This document shows, piece by piece, positions 36,701-46,789 of a stretch of 64,000 bases of DNA; positions within the stretch are counted from its first letter, which is position 1; each line of letters begins with the position of its first letter. Under the pieces are notes generated by a model that saw only the letters and a list, made by a program, of their open reading frames with translations, made no database searches and was not told the origin of the DNA. The translations under genes and the position numbers were made by a program. Source of the DNA: a virus (Duplodnaviria; Caudoviricetes); IMG/VR virus record IMGVR_UViG_3300044991_001466; one strand, 5' to 3'.

Positions 36701-38461
36701 CCTACTACAATTACAATACCTAAGATTAAAATTGAAGATGACGAACCACAAACAATATATAATTCAAAACCATCAATAGATGTGATGAAAAGAATCATCA
36801 TGAAAACTTTATCTGAATGTTTTTATTTTAAACAATTAGAGGAGAAATCACCGGTGGCATTTACATCACTAAAAGAAAAATTAAAATATTTCCATCCAGG
36901 ATTTCACTCAACAACACCAGAAGGTTTGAATAGTAGATTAACATTTTTATTACAATGTGTTAGACCTGGCGATACCATCCCAATTAAGGGTACCTCAGAT
37001 AATGCGGATTTAAATGCAAGAAACACTTCATTTGGTCCACCACCTGTTTGTGTTATGAGAATTGGTGATTTTTATCATTCTAAAATTATCATTCGTGATA
37101 TTAATATTAGTTATGACGATAGTCCATGGGATATGAATCCAGAGGGTATTGGATATCAACCAATGATTGCAACAGTTCAATTACAAGTTAGTTTTATTGG
37201 TGGTCAAGGTTTAGAAAAACCTGTGGAAAGATTACAAAATGCATTATCATCTAATTTCTTTGCAAACACTGAAATGTATGATGAAAGGTCTGATTCAACC
37301 ACAACTACAATGGGTGGTAAAAAGACTGATGAGTTTACTAAAGAATTTTTGGAAGAATTAACAAAGAAACCAGAATTCCAATTAGATAAAATGAAAGAAG
37401 ATAATAAAACCGAGGTAACCGAAGGAACATATATTGGGACATTATCTGGAACAAAATTAAACTATGATACTTTAGTTAATTCGGTATATAGTACTGTTGG
37501 TCAATATACAAACACATATCAATCAGCATACACACATATTGTTAAAACATATGGTAAAAAAATTGGTGATGTTTTATTATCACCAACATATAGAACAATT
37601 AATACAATAACGGGATCTACCATAGACTTTCCAATTTCAATATTAGGAGAATATCCAACAGGACTTTTTAATGATTTAGAATCAATAGTTTTAAACATAA
37701 AAAGTGCAATGAATTCGGCAATTACACTAATTCCATTAAGTTCTTCGGTCTTTGATTTACTTGAGTTTGCTGACCCTAAAGTTGATTCATATGATCAAAT
37801 TTTTAAAGATGAAATTACTTTTATTGTTAATCAGTCTCTCGATTCTTTAGTTGAAAATAAACAAATTAAGGATGTTGAAAATGCAAGAAATGAGGTAATA
37901 TCAGTTATAGATAAAATTAATTTTATTATTGAATATGAACATGATATTCAAATTTCGGGATTAACATATACTAAATCAAATTTAACAGGTTTTGACGGCA
38001 ACGCTTTTTATCTTCAATGGAGACCAGCAATAATGTATTTAAAATCGGCAAGTGAACAAAATGTTTTGGAGTTGGAACCGACAAATCCTAATTTTACTGA
38101 ATTGACATTAAGTTTTAATTCTGAAGATTTAAAAAGTATTTTATCAATATTATTAATTGGTAAAAAAGATACGATAGTACAACAATTTGCTAGAAACCCT
38201 TTAATGTCTGCAGACGATATTGGAAATGTTAGTACTATGTTAGATAGTTTTATTTATAAAGAACCTACTTCAACATTAGGTGAAGAGAATCGACTTAACA
38301 TTATATTAGGTCCATTTCCAGTTAGACCAAATGATAAACCAATAGAATTTGAAATTTCAAGTACAGAAGAAATGACAGATGATGATGAAGGATTGGTTGC
38401 TAATAATATTTTCATAAATAAAAATAAATTGGGGACCACATTAAATTTTTATAAACCATGA
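33731..38461 (+). CDS. Large baseplate/tube-initiator protein with an inserted OmpA-like domain (1576 aa)
   Basis: Tube-initiator-like segments (W...FLGRPEPIYTY..RSG.VSF; PPVCVMRIGDFY..II..INISYD) before the LysM gene, plus an OmpA-like YN.YL..RR motif. Confidence 0.6.
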   Translation: MPSYLDFDSTKSFRDKILGKTLNKPNGPQTFTNTDYSVQNLSDTANKDLDNVDTNRGKDLLIPQNSNTFKPEIYTIKEDLNTLPRRSNLNLYPYFPTNGQSYNLIGIMNTDRYDTESELFKFAANNIKNNTDGPVYSRIAQNVAKNTLGRVRILDALNGNTTTAVNIITGREPLIESNYKITVDNTLSIPGQAANFLEIVSGIQLPFSTIPGDYLSNPSNPINYRPVASTELGKLYQDVTGALGSLIGIKRRPKLDRKPSDLLIEHMGQGQKNRLFDLLSFSKYSPNYTTTARSQNTSKIFSYVDKAAQGVKNLLGLEAPKGIAYIGDDRGEDVKYAMNDFNDRPVRSSYYLTLLFDEVSANLFHSTKNYTEGGSVGGKLSWISKNSKNELGANNQQYTDSASALTESLSTKYGFRSDSILGITQEILDSMPSDGGAARSHVANVIDQTSRIFQDGDIKISRGSAIKYTDKYGGEKGVEYCRVWTKDRPYSHLSDTMKRTSIIRKYDGSVMGGGSRPWNLNIGPMSNGRKSFDNSTNIKDGQAKKYMFSFENLAWKSSNRDGFRVSDLPVCERGPNGGRVMWFPPYDLKVSEQNAARWEENSFLGRPEPIYTYQNTARSGQVSFKVVVDHPSILNLLVREHFGGMSDEESENYINAFFAGCKDEDFYSLIQKYTQLDQNDVNNIKAYLNAGSPKEIIKKFKYTSEDVKISKPDTNSEKTNQPAPFEKQFYFDNDFPKVGSDDEKSSQTYSQLFAAYSGKSGTFVTDLDGDLKKLFTGTTTNYISDIKTLFGDTTVTGSTISATTINNQTTKITNAFSELTNTYNSYIGKINEIKTGLEKNNIKEVNFRIFTSTSEVADDTYNFYLGVRRIHSIILDIFDKIKKDKTPNLKWPSKKEFSNFQKKGFPLSQFPFGYTFEDFGYVGNKGVITFVHKTEGESAVLSNGGGEKNLDCKTKLNTTFGLKTTAPVAFFCRQANVSIEVSTNPTETKEPTTITIPKIKIEDDEPQTIYNSKPSIDVMKRIIMKTLSECFYFKQLEEKSPVAFTSLKEKLKYFHPGFHSTTPEGLNSRLTFLLQCVRPGDTIPIKGTSDNADLNARNTSFGPPPVCVMRIGDFYHSKIIIRDINISYDDSPWDMNPEGIGYQPMIATVQLQVSFIGGQGLEKPVERLQNALSSNFFANTEMYDERSDSTTTTMGGKKTDEFTKEFLEELTKKPEFQLDKMKEDNKTEVTEGTYIGTLSGTKLNYDTLVNSVYSTVGQYTNTYQSAYTHIVKTYGKKIGDVLLSPTYRTINTITGSTIDFPISILGEYPTGLFNDLESIVLNIKSAMNSAITLIPLSSSVFDLLEFADPKVDSYDQIFKDEITFIVNQSLDSLVENKQIKDVENARNEVISVIDKINFIIEYEHDIQISGLTYTKSNLTGFDGNAFYLQWRPAIMYLKSASEQNVLELEPTNPNFTELTLSFNSEDLKSILSILLIGKKDTIVQQFARNPLMSADDIGNVSTMLDSFIYKEPTSTLGEENRLNIILGPFPVRPNDKPIEFEISSTEEMTDDDEGLVANNIFINKNKLGTTLNFYKP

Positions 38462-38784
38462 GTAGACAATATTTCGATAGGTACCAATATTTTGTAAAAG
38501 ATGGAAATTTTAGAATAATTCCTGGAATTGAAATACCAATTAAAGGTAGTGACAAATATATTCAATATAAAAGCGGTAAAGATAGATTAGATAAATTATC
38601 ACAAGAATATTATAACACCCCATTATATGGGTGGTTAATCTTGTTAGCCAATCCTTTGGCTGGTAGTATTGAATTTACAATACCAGATAATTTCTACATG
38701 AGAGTACCATTTCCTTTACTTGACACTTTACAAGATTACAAAAGTGCCGTAGAATTGTATAACTTATATTATGGCGAACAATAA
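38458..38784 (+). CDS. LysM-like baseplate wedge protein (gp53-like)
   Basis: DRLDKLSQEYYNTPLYGWLILLANP matches the gp53/LysM signature. Confidence 0.8.
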   Translation: MSRQYFDRYQYFVKDGNFRIIPGIEIPIKGSDKYIQYKSGKDRLDKLSQEYYNTPLYGWLILLANPLAGSIEFTIPDNFYMRVPFPLLDTLQDYKSAVELYNLYYGEQ

Positions 38785-41700
38785 TTTAAATAGTGGTGAA
38801 AACATATTGGTTAAAGTTGACCAAAACAATGTAATTTTAATTGACCCAAATAGCGTTTCAAACGGTCCAAATGTGGAAATGAGAAATGTGAAACAGGAAA
38901 ATTTGGTTATGTATGTTAATTTGGAAGCTGACTTAGTTCCGAGAACAACACTTGCGGCGTCAGGAGATGGTTCAGCTCAAAGTACATTATTGACTGTGGC
39001 TAAAGGAAATCTTAGTTTTTTGAGAGCACAAGATGGACAAGATTTAAACACAGGTTGGACAGATTCATTTTTTAATTCGACAGAAAAAACACAAACAGTA
39101 ACAGATAAGAATGGTAAGAAAACACCGGTAGGGACTGGTGAGTTTTTTCAAGCCGATTCTTCAGGTCAATCATTTGGTATTGAAAGTATTAACATAAATG
39201 TTAAAGGTTCAAATTTCATTCCACAGGTAAATATAAATTTTGTGGACGTTAGAGGTAAGACATTATTTGAATCACCAAACAACACCCCATATAAAGCATT
39301 CTTTCATTTACCGTGGCCAATTTTTTATCTAACAGTAAAAGGATATTATGGTAAAGCAATTAGATATCGATTACATTTAACAAAATTCACATCAAAGTAT
39401 AATGGTTCTAATGGTAATTTCGATATATCAACAACATTTGTTGGATCAACTTATGCATTTTTAAATGATATACCATTAGAGGGTATATTGAATGCTCCAT
39501 ATATGTACATGATTGAAAATGACGGAAAGAACTCAACATTTAACACAAATACAGGTACGTATCAAAAGAAAATATCAAAATCAAGTAGAGGGTATACTTT
39601 ACTAAGAACAATTTATAGTGAATATAAACAGAAAGGACTTTTACCAAAAAACTTTCCCGTCAAGACATTAAGAGAAGTTATTACCATTGCCAAATCACTT
39701 GATAACATATTAGAAAGAGAAATATTTGACCAAAAGGTTGATATGAAAATTTTTAATGGTATTAAAGAATTTGAAAAAATTGTACAAGATTTTGAGTCTG
39801 CTGTGGTTCAATGGGGTAAAAAATATTTAAGTAACGACAGTTATACTGATGCGACATCAAAAATAAAATATTATTATTTATCTGGTCAAAATAATGGTAA
39901 GTTAGATAACATTACAAATGCAACCGATAATAAAACTTTAGAATTTATTTTAACCAATAAAGTAAAAGAACTTCGTAAAACTGCCGATTTCTCATCAAGT
40001 TATATTAACAAATCGGGGATTGATTTTAAACAACAAACATTTAATTTTTTAAATAAAATTAAAGACATTTCTAAGTACTATCAACCAAAAGAAGGAAAAT
40101 ATTCGATAGCATATGATTTATTGTTAAGTGACATATATGAAATACAAAAATCATTTTTAGCCCAAAGAGATAAATTACAAAAGTATGTTGAGGAGGTAAT
40201 GAACCAAGTTATTAAAGACCCGTTAAAAGGTATTGGGTTCAAACCTACAATACGTAATATATTTGGTGTAATCATGGCTAATGCCGATGTATACATTAGA
40301 TTATTAAAAGATGTACATACAAAATCGTTTGAGGCGTCATCAAAAAGAAAAGACTTAGTTAACAACTATAGTAATGAATCTGAAGGTGATAACATTTATC
40401 CTTGGCCTGAAATTAGAAAAATTACATCAAACAAACAAAGTGTTATTGCATATCCTGGTGATTCAGATTTAAGGGCAATATTACGTGCTGATGATAAAAC
40501 AATGTGGCCTGAAGTTGATTTTATTGAAAACTATCAATCTGTTGCAACAAAAAGAACTGACCCATTAGCGGAAAAAGAGGGTGGAGTGGGTGCAATTAAT
40601 TATGTATTTGAAAGTAATTCACCCGATATTAATTTAAATAAAACAGCCACATTATTTCAAATTGAAAGTAGTCAACCATACATGGATAAATCTATGGCAG
40701 GATTACTTTATGAGATATTTGAAAGAGCAAGATATTCCACATTATTGGATTCATATAATAGTCAAACCATAATTGAGTTGGCAAATAATGAATTTGATAA
40801 TTTACAAAAAATATTAGAAGAAGATTTTGATATTGTTGATATAATGAAAACCATCAACAGTGCATCAACATTGACTGATTATATGTTATCATTTTCACCA
40901 TTTGATAGATATCCGTATTTCCAAGATAAATTACCAACAATACCATATATAAAAAATTTGGAGGAGTTTCCGTTTAAAATATCTCAATATAATATTGATT
41001 CAAATCCGTCAAGAAATGAAAATTATACTAAATTAATTGAAGAATTAAAAAACTATCAACCTGAGAGTTATAGAAAAAATATATATCCATTTAATTCTAG
41101 TCTTTATTTAAATTATTTAAATAAAACAGACTATAATTTAGACGATTTAAATTTAAGAAATATTACTAATGTTGATACAACAGAAGGTTTAGTTAGTACC
41201 GCACGCGATTCTAAAATGTGGGTTAAGTCTGAATATACTAAGAATTTATTTTTACAAAATTTTAATATTGTACAAAGTAATGGTAAAACTAACATTCTAA
41301 ACACACCATATTTTCACAAACAACTTTATACGGATTTTAAAAAAAGTAGTCCATTAGGAAAATATTCGGGTTCGGCATATCTTTTATTAAATTCTTTACC
41401 ATTTAAAGATTTAGAAGATAAAGTACTTCAGGATCAAACAAGAATGTCGAGTTTATTTAAAGAAATTGGGGCATCTCATTATGTGCCATATCATTTAATG
41501 TTAAAGTGGGGTGCAATTTATCATAGATATAAAAAGAAAATTTTAGAAGACGTTGATATACTATCAGGTTTTTTAACAAACAATATTACACAACCAATTA
41601 GTGGAAGTACTCTTTTTGATTTTGGAGTTGGAAGTACGTATACTATAAATTCAGAATCAATTACTCACTCATCTAGTAAACATATTGGATTACATCCTTT

Positions 41701-44548
41701 TTATGATTCAATATTTCATCAAATAGTAAATAATTACGCTATATCTGATACGGGTTCTACTATTTTTAATGCAAATGTAACCGGCGGTACAATAAATGCT
41801 AAAACAGAAACTTATGGTGACGGTATAAAGTACCACACCACATTTGTTAATAATTCAAAAACAGATCCCGACCTTTACAAATTTTATACCTTATTACCTT
41901 CAGTAGGTGGTAACCCAAAAGAAAGTGCACCTTATAGTGTTTCGGGATATGAGTCAAAAATACAATCAAGTTTTAGAGTTGTGTGGGTTGACGATGATAT
42001 TAAAACAATAGATTATAGTGGAGCAACTTTTCCAAGTTATAATCAATATGTTAAATCATATGTTAGTGAAACTATTAAAACAGATGATAACAAATTTGGG
42101 TTAGGTTCGGACTATAGAAAAGTGATGGATTTAATTGGAACTTTTAGTCCATCAATATTAGATGAATTTGAATCTTGTTTTATTGAATTTTCAACAGAGA
42201 AAGTTAATGAAGAAATACCTTATCACAAATTTCCACCGTATACAGGAACAACAAAGGAAGTTTACACATTAAAATATGATAAGTTTCAAGATTTATTAAA
42301 AGAAATTGTTACTGTACCAATAGACACCCAAACCGACCCGGCCGATTCTGGTGAGTTAATTAAAAGTTTAAAAACTAAACAATTAACTAAATTAGAATTA
42401 ATAACCGCAGAAATGTTAAAGGCTGATAATTTAATCAAATTAACTATGGGTAATCCAAAAGAGATTAACCCTAATGTTTGGTATGGTTTGGCTAAATTTG
42501 ATAATGTTAACACATTTAATTATGGAACATATAATTTAACAACACAATCGGGAGATACAAAATATGTGGAATTATATGTTGGACCATATGTAAGCGGAAC
42601 CTCTATTAATAACGAGTACTTAAATTTTTTCAAAGATTTAAATATTGAACTTAGTGAAAGTAATGTTCTTCAATTTAGACCATTAATACTAATATATGCT
42701 GGTTATATTAAAAATGGAGGTACAAATACGTTAACCGCATTTAGAACATATCTTACAGATAATGTACTAACCAAAGCGTCGGATAGATTGTCAATTTATT
42801 TAGTACAGTTAATTGGAAAATTTAGTTCATTAAAAACCAAAGAAAATAAAAATCAATTAACTGTTTTTAGTGGATTTAATGATCAAATCCTAAAACTTGA
42901 AGAATATAATTATTTTAAAACATTTAATGATAAATGGGTTTCAGGTAATTCATTAGGTAGTAGGTCATTAATGGAAGAATTTTTATTCTTTGATAAGGCC
43001 AATAAAGATATTGGTGACGTTGCATATATTAGTTTAGAAAAATTATTACCATTAGATGACCGTAAAAATGATAAGGCTAATTTATATAGTGTAATATCTA
43101 TGTTAATCCAAGGAACTGGTTTTGATATGAGAGCATTACCAGCATATGTTAATTTTTATGGAACTAATGTTAATGGTAAATCTAAAACAACATCTTCTAA
43201 AAAAGTCGCAGAAAATTTGTTCGGAACATTTTTAGATGTTGATTACCAAGAATCCTCACCAAAAATTATTATTCAATATACAGGACCCACATCAAAAAGA
43301 TTGGAGTTGTCTGACATTGAGGCAAAGGAAAATAAATTTAAAAACGATAGTGGTAACTTATTTGCAAACGCACAAAGTCCACTTGTTGTAACAATAGATG
43401 CTGGTAACCAAGTCGGTGATTTATATAAATCAAATAAGGTGGTTGCTTTTGAAGTAAGTGTTGGAGATGAAAATCAAGCGTTATTTAAAGGAGTTCAACT
43501 TGACCAATCCTCACAAAGAGAAACAACTGAATCAATGGCAGCAACCGAAAACTTAGGTCGTTCAGAATCGGGTGCTGGTGTTTATCAATTAGACACAAGT
43601 TTGTTTGATATCTATAGATTGAGGTCATATACTTGTGAGGTAACAATGATGGGTAATGTAATGATACAACCAACAATGTATTTCTACTTGAAGAACATAC
43701 CAATGTTTAGAGGTTCATATTGGATAACCGAAGTTTCACATAATATAAAACCTGGTAATATTTCAACCGTATTTAAAGGAACAAGAATACCATATACTTC
43801 TTTACCCGACCCAAAAGATTCTTTTTTATCAAGTTACAGAGTGTTATTTGATAAAATAACTAAGGCGGCACAAAATAGAGTTAAGGAAGAAAATTTAGTA
43901 TTATCAGGAGATACAAAAACTGAAAAAATACTTAACACGAATAACGGAGCACTAATCATTGATATGGGTGACCCTAAAGTTGCACCTAAAGGAGAAAAAT
44001 TACAATCCACATCAGGAGTTAATGAATTTGGAGTTAATTGGGGAGGTAGAAATGGTGAAAAATATATTCAAGAAGTTGAATATAATGGTATCAAATATCT
44101 TAGAGCAATTGCTTGTGTTATGGGAGGTAAAAATTATACACCCGATAACGATATTGAAATGTCAATTATAAATCGTGTTACAACTAAAACAATATCAGGT
44201 ACTACAATTTTAAATAAAATGACCTATCAAGATATTAAGGATAATAAAACAAATCAATTCTATTCAATGAAGTTTGATTTATCATCTTCTTTTCCAAGTT
44301 TAATTATAAGTGCTAAAACAACATTTGTAAATCCAAATGGGACAAAACCCAAAACGGTTATAGTTAAACCACTTCAAATTGAAAAACCAACCGACAATAG
44401 TGTAATTAGGCCGGACAATATATGGGGTCCAATTCATAGAGGACCAAATGTCTCGGGTTTTGGAGTTGCATTATCCAAGAAATTAATGACTGATTTAGGA
44501 TTAACTGACGGACAAGTTGTTTATTTTACAATGGAGAAGGGATATTAA
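38771..44548 (+). CDS. Large baseplate hub protein (gp27-like, 1925 aa)
   Basis: YTCEVTMMGNVMIQPTMYF.L..F.GSYWITEVSHNI..ST.F.G.R is the typical hub C-terminal barrel; follows the LysM gene. Confidence 0.7.
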   Translation: MANNNLNSGENILVKVDQNNVILIDPNSVSNGPNVEMRNVKQENLVMYVNLEADLVPRTTLAASGDGSAQSTLLTVAKGNLSFLRAQDGQDLNTGWTDSFFNSTEKTQTVTDKNGKKTPVGTGEFFQADSSGQSFGIESININVKGSNFIPQVNINFVDVRGKTLFESPNNTPYKAFFHLPWPIFYLTVKGYYGKAIRYRLHLTKFTSKYNGSNGNFDISTTFVGSTYAFLNDIPLEGILNAPYMYMIENDGKNSTFNTNTGTYQKKISKSSRGYTLLRTIYSEYKQKGLLPKNFPVKTLREVITIAKSLDNILEREIFDQKVDMKIFNGIKEFEKIVQDFESAVVQWGKKYLSNDSYTDATSKIKYYYLSGQNNGKLDNITNATDNKTLEFILTNKVKELRKTADFSSSYINKSGIDFKQQTFNFLNKIKDISKYYQPKEGKYSIAYDLLLSDIYEIQKSFLAQRDKLQKYVEEVMNQVIKDPLKGIGFKPTIRNIFGVIMANADVYIRLLKDVHTKSFEASSKRKDLVNNYSNESEGDNIYPWPEIRKITSNKQSVIAYPGDSDLRAILRADDKTMWPEVDFIENYQSVATKRTDPLAEKEGGVGAINYVFESNSPDINLNKTATLFQIESSQPYMDKSMAGLLYEIFERARYSTLLDSYNSQTIIELANNEFDNLQKILEEDFDIVDIMKTINSASTLTDYMLSFSPFDRYPYFQDKLPTIPYIKNLEEFPFKISQYNIDSNPSRNENYTKLIEELKNYQPESYRKNIYPFNSSLYLNYLNKTDYNLDDLNLRNITNVDTTEGLVSTARDSKMWVKSEYTKNLFLQNFNIVQSNGKTNILNTPYFHKQLYTDFKKSSPLGKYSGSAYLLLNSLPFKDLEDKVLQDQTRMSSLFKEIGASHYVPYHLMLKWGAIYHRYKKKILEDVDILSGFLTNNITQPISGSTLFDFGVGSTYTINSESITHSSSKHIGLHPFYDSIFHQIVNNYAISDTGSTIFNANVTGGTINAKTETYGDGIKYHTTFVNNSKTDPDLYKFYTLLPSVGGNPKESAPYSVSGYESKIQSSFRVVWVDDDIKTIDYSGATFPSYNQYVKSYVSETIKTDDNKFGLGSDYRKVMDLIGTFSPSILDEFESCFIEFSTEKVNEEIPYHKFPPYTGTTKEVYTLKYDKFQDLLKEIVTVPIDTQTDPADSGELIKSLKTKQLTKLELITAEMLKADNLIKLTMGNPKEINPNVWYGLAKFDNVNTFNYGTYNLTTQSGDTKYVELYVGPYVSGTSINNEYLNFFKDLNIELSESNVLQFRPLILIYAGYIKNGGTNTLTAFRTYLTDNVLTKASDRLSIYLVQLIGKFSSLKTKENKNQLTVFSGFNDQILKLEEYNYFKTFNDKWVSGNSLGSRSLMEEFLFFDKANKDIGDVAYISLEKLLPLDDRKNDKANLYSVISMLIQGTGFDMRALPAYVNFYGTNVNGKSKTTSSKKVAENLFGTFLDVDYQESSPKIIIQYTGPTSKRLELSDIEAKENKFKNDSGNLFANAQSPLVVTIDAGNQVGDLYKSNKVVAFEVSVGDENQALFKGVQLDQSSQRETTESMAATENLGRSESGAGVYQLDTSLFDIYRLRSYTCEVTMMGNVMIQPTMYFYLKNIPMFRGSYWITEVSHNIKPGNISTVFKGTRIPYTSLPDPKDSFLSSYRVLFDKITKAAQNRVKEENLVLSGDTKTEKILNTNNGALIIDMGDPKVAPKGEKLQSTSGVNEFGVNWGGRNGEKYIQEVEYNGIKYLRAIACVMGGKNYTPDNDIEMSIINRVTTKTISGTTILNKMTYQDIKDNKTNQFYSMKFDLSSSFPSLIISAKTTFVNPNGTKPKTVIVKPLQIEKPTDNSVIRPDNIWGPIHRGPNVSGFGVALSKKLMTDLGLTDGQVVYFTMEKGY

Positions 44549-44573
44549 TAATAATTGAGATATTTATATGAAT

Positions 44574-44774
44574 ATGAGAAATAACTTAGATAACACAATA
44601 GACCAATTCTTAAGTCCTAAACAGACTAAAATAACATCAAATGATGGTATGGAAAGAGAAGAATGTGATATGTTAACAGGAGAATGTTACACTATCAGAG
44701 AAAAAGACGGAATCGTTGAAAGAATAAATAAAAGATATATTACCGATGACGGTAGACAATTATTACAAGATTAA
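44574..44774 (+). CDS. Hypothetical protein (66 aa)
   Basis: GATATTTAT upstream; contains ECDMLTGEC. Confidence 0.6.
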   Translation: MRNNLDNTIDQFLSPKQTKITSNDGMEREECDMLTGECYTIREKDGIVERINKRYITDDGRQLLQD

Positions 44775-44777
44775 GCC

Positions 44778-45428
44778 ATGTTAGAACAAAAACTACAAGA
44801 AGAATTAAATCGTTACAAAGCCATCAATAGATATGGTAAAACGATGATAATGGAACAAGATGCTCTTGGTGGTGAATTACCTCCACCTGCTGACCCTGCG
44901 GCAGCACCTGCTGACCCTGCGGCATTACCTACGGATGTTCCACCTGCAGACCCTGCAATGGACCCTATGGCTGACGCGGGAGCGGCACCAGCATTACCTG
45001 AAGGTGATACTACAGAGGAAATTGATATTACTGATTTAGTTGATATGACTAAGAGTATTAAAAAAGACATTGAAACTAATAAACAAGACCATGGTGCTGT
45101 TGTAAGTAAAATGGACGACGTGTTCACTAAATTAGGTGACTTAGAACAAAAACTTGCTCAAATGGACCAAGTTATGGCTAAAATTGACCAATTAGGTACT
45201 CAAGTTCAACAAATGAAACCTGAAACTCCAGTTGAGAAATTAGAAATGAGATCTTTAGATTCATATCCATTTAACGAAAAACCACAAGAATTTTTCGCTC
45301 ACAAACAAGGTGAAATGAGACAAAGTGGTAAAAATGAATATATTCTAACTAAAGACGAGGTAAGTAATTACTCTCCTGACCAAGTTAAAACATCTTTTAA
45401 TCCAACACCTGATGAATATCAATTCTAA
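44778..45428 (+). CDS. Putative head-associated protein with Pro/Ala/Asp linker and coiled coil
   Basis: N-terminal LQEELNRYKAI tag, MEQ, PADP repeats and a heptad region. Confidence 0.5.
   Translation: MLEQKLQEELNRYKAINRYGKTMIMEQDALGGELPPPADPAAAPADPAALPTDVPPADPAMDPMADAGAAPALPEGDTTEEIDITDLVDMTKSIKKDIETNKQDHGAVVSKMDDVFTKLGDLEQKLAQMDQVMAKIDQLGTQVQQMKPETPVEKLEMRSLDSYPFNEKPQEFFAHKQGEMRQSGKNEYILTKDEVSNYSPDQVKTSFNPTPDEYQF
44884..44924 (+). repeat. Two copies of CACCTGCTGACCCTGCGGCA (period 21)
   Basis: Read directly from the sequence. Confidence 0.9.
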
Positions 45429-45783
45429 TATAAATTTTTTATTAGGATTAAGTGCTCAGTTAAAGGTGATGCATTGGCAAACTAAAGGTTATTCAAGACA
45501 TCAAGCTTTTGGTAGTACGTATGACACTTTGAGTGATTTAACGGATACTTTCGTTGAAGCTGCAATGGGAAAATATGGTCGTTTTAAGTTAGATGATGAG
45601 ACAAATACAATAACATTAGTTAATTTATCAGAGTTAAAACCTGAGGAAATGGTTAATACTGTGAAAAATGCTCTTATCCAATACAGCGAACAATTTGAAC
45701 CAACCGATACGGACATTTTAAACATTAGAGATGAGATGTTGGGTTTATTTAACAAATTATCATATCTATTAACTTTAGAATAA
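45412..45783 (+). CDS. Ferritin/Dps-like four-helix protein
   Basis: HWQTKGYSRHQAF...Y..L..L.D.FVE resembles the Dps ferroxidase motif (HW..G..H..F...Y.....D...E). Confidence 0.65.
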   Translation: MNINSNINFLLGLSAQLKVMHWQTKGYSRHQAFGSTYDTLSDLTDTFVEAAMGKYGRFKLDDETNTITLVNLSELKPEEMVNTVKNALIQYSEQFEPTDTDILNIRDEMLGLFNKLSYLLTLE

Positions 45784-45811
45784 GACTTAAAAACATTTTT
45801 AAAAATAATTG

Positions 45812-45838
45812 AACCGGATTTCTTAATTCGGTTTTTTT
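45812..45838 (+). terminator. Intrinsic terminator before the replication operon
   Basis: AACCGGATT-TCTT-AATTCGGTT followed by a T tract. Confidence 0.75.
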
Positions 45839-45884
45839 TATTTATATTTTACTATAACAGTTTTATAAATAAAAATTTTTAATT

Positions 45885-46733
45885 ATGTCAACATTTGATG
45901 CAGTACTAGCACAGTACGAGAAAAACAAAAATGCCACAAGTGGCAATTCTAACAAAATGTCCTCAGAAGACAGAATGAAGCGTTATTTCACTACCGTATT
46001 ACCTAAGGGTTCTAAGGGAGAAGAAAGACGTATTCGTATTTTACCTACAAAAGATGGTGGTTCACCATTTGTTGAGGTCTACTTCCACGAAGTTCAAGTG
46101 GATGGAAAATGGGTTAAATTATATGACCCTAAACAAGAAGGAAAACGTTCACCATTGAACGAAGTTCAAGAAGCTTTAATGGCTACAGGTGTTGAGTCAG
46201 ATAGAGAATCTGCTCGTCAATTTCGTTCTCGTAAATTCTATATCGTAAAAGTTATCGATAGAGACCACGAAAATGATGGCGTTAAATTTTGGAGATTTAA
46301 ACACAACGCAAAGGGTGACGGTATTTTAGACAAAGTATTCCCAATCTTCCGTAACAAAGGTGATATTACAAATCCTGAAAATGGTCGTGATATGATTTTA
46401 TCTTTAACACTAACTAAGGCGGGTACAGGTAAAGAATACACAGTAATCAACTCAGTAATTCCTGAAGATGCGGGTCCGTTACATGCCGATTCTAACGTAG
46501 CTAAAGCTTGGTTAGATGATGAATTAACATGGTCTGATGTTTATTCTAAGAAAGGTGAAGATTATTTAGAGATGGTTGCAAGAGGTGAAGTTCCACGTTG
46601 GGATTCTAATCAAAACAAATTTGTTTCAAGTAATAACACTACTGACGAAGAAACAATTTCAGCACCTAAAAAATCTACTCCTGTGGTTGACCCACAAGAA
46701 GAAGAAGAGGTTGATGGTGATTTACCATTCTAA
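45885..46733 (+). CDS. gp32: gp32-like single-stranded DNA-binding protein
   Basis: IRILP..PF..V..H, VKVIDR..GVKFW, DI...G.D..L..T pattern; acidic tail EEEEVDGDLPF. Confidence 0.8.
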   Translation: MSTFDAVLAQYEKNKNATSGNSNKMSSEDRMKRYFTTVLPKGSKGEERRIRILPTKDGGSPFVEVYFHEVQVDGKWVKLYDPKQEGKRSPLNEVQEALMATGVESDRESARQFRSRKFYIVKVIDRDHENDGVKFWRFKHNAKGDGILDKVFPIFRNKGDITNPENGRDMILSLTLTKAGTGKEYTVINSVIPEDAGPLHADSNVAKAWLDDELTWSDVYSKKGEDYLEMVARGEVPRWDSNQNKFVSSNNTTDEETISAPKKSTPVVDPQEEEEVDGDLPF

Positions 46734-46742
46734 TTAATTTAT

Positions 46743-46777
46743 GATGTTCCCGACATTCGTGTCGGGAACATCCTTTT
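46743..46777 (+). terminator. 13-bp perfect hairpin between ssb and recA
   Basis: GATGTTCCCGACA-TTCG-TGTCGGGAACATC followed by CTTTT. Confidence 0.75.
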
Positions 46778-46789
46778 AAAAACAACAAC

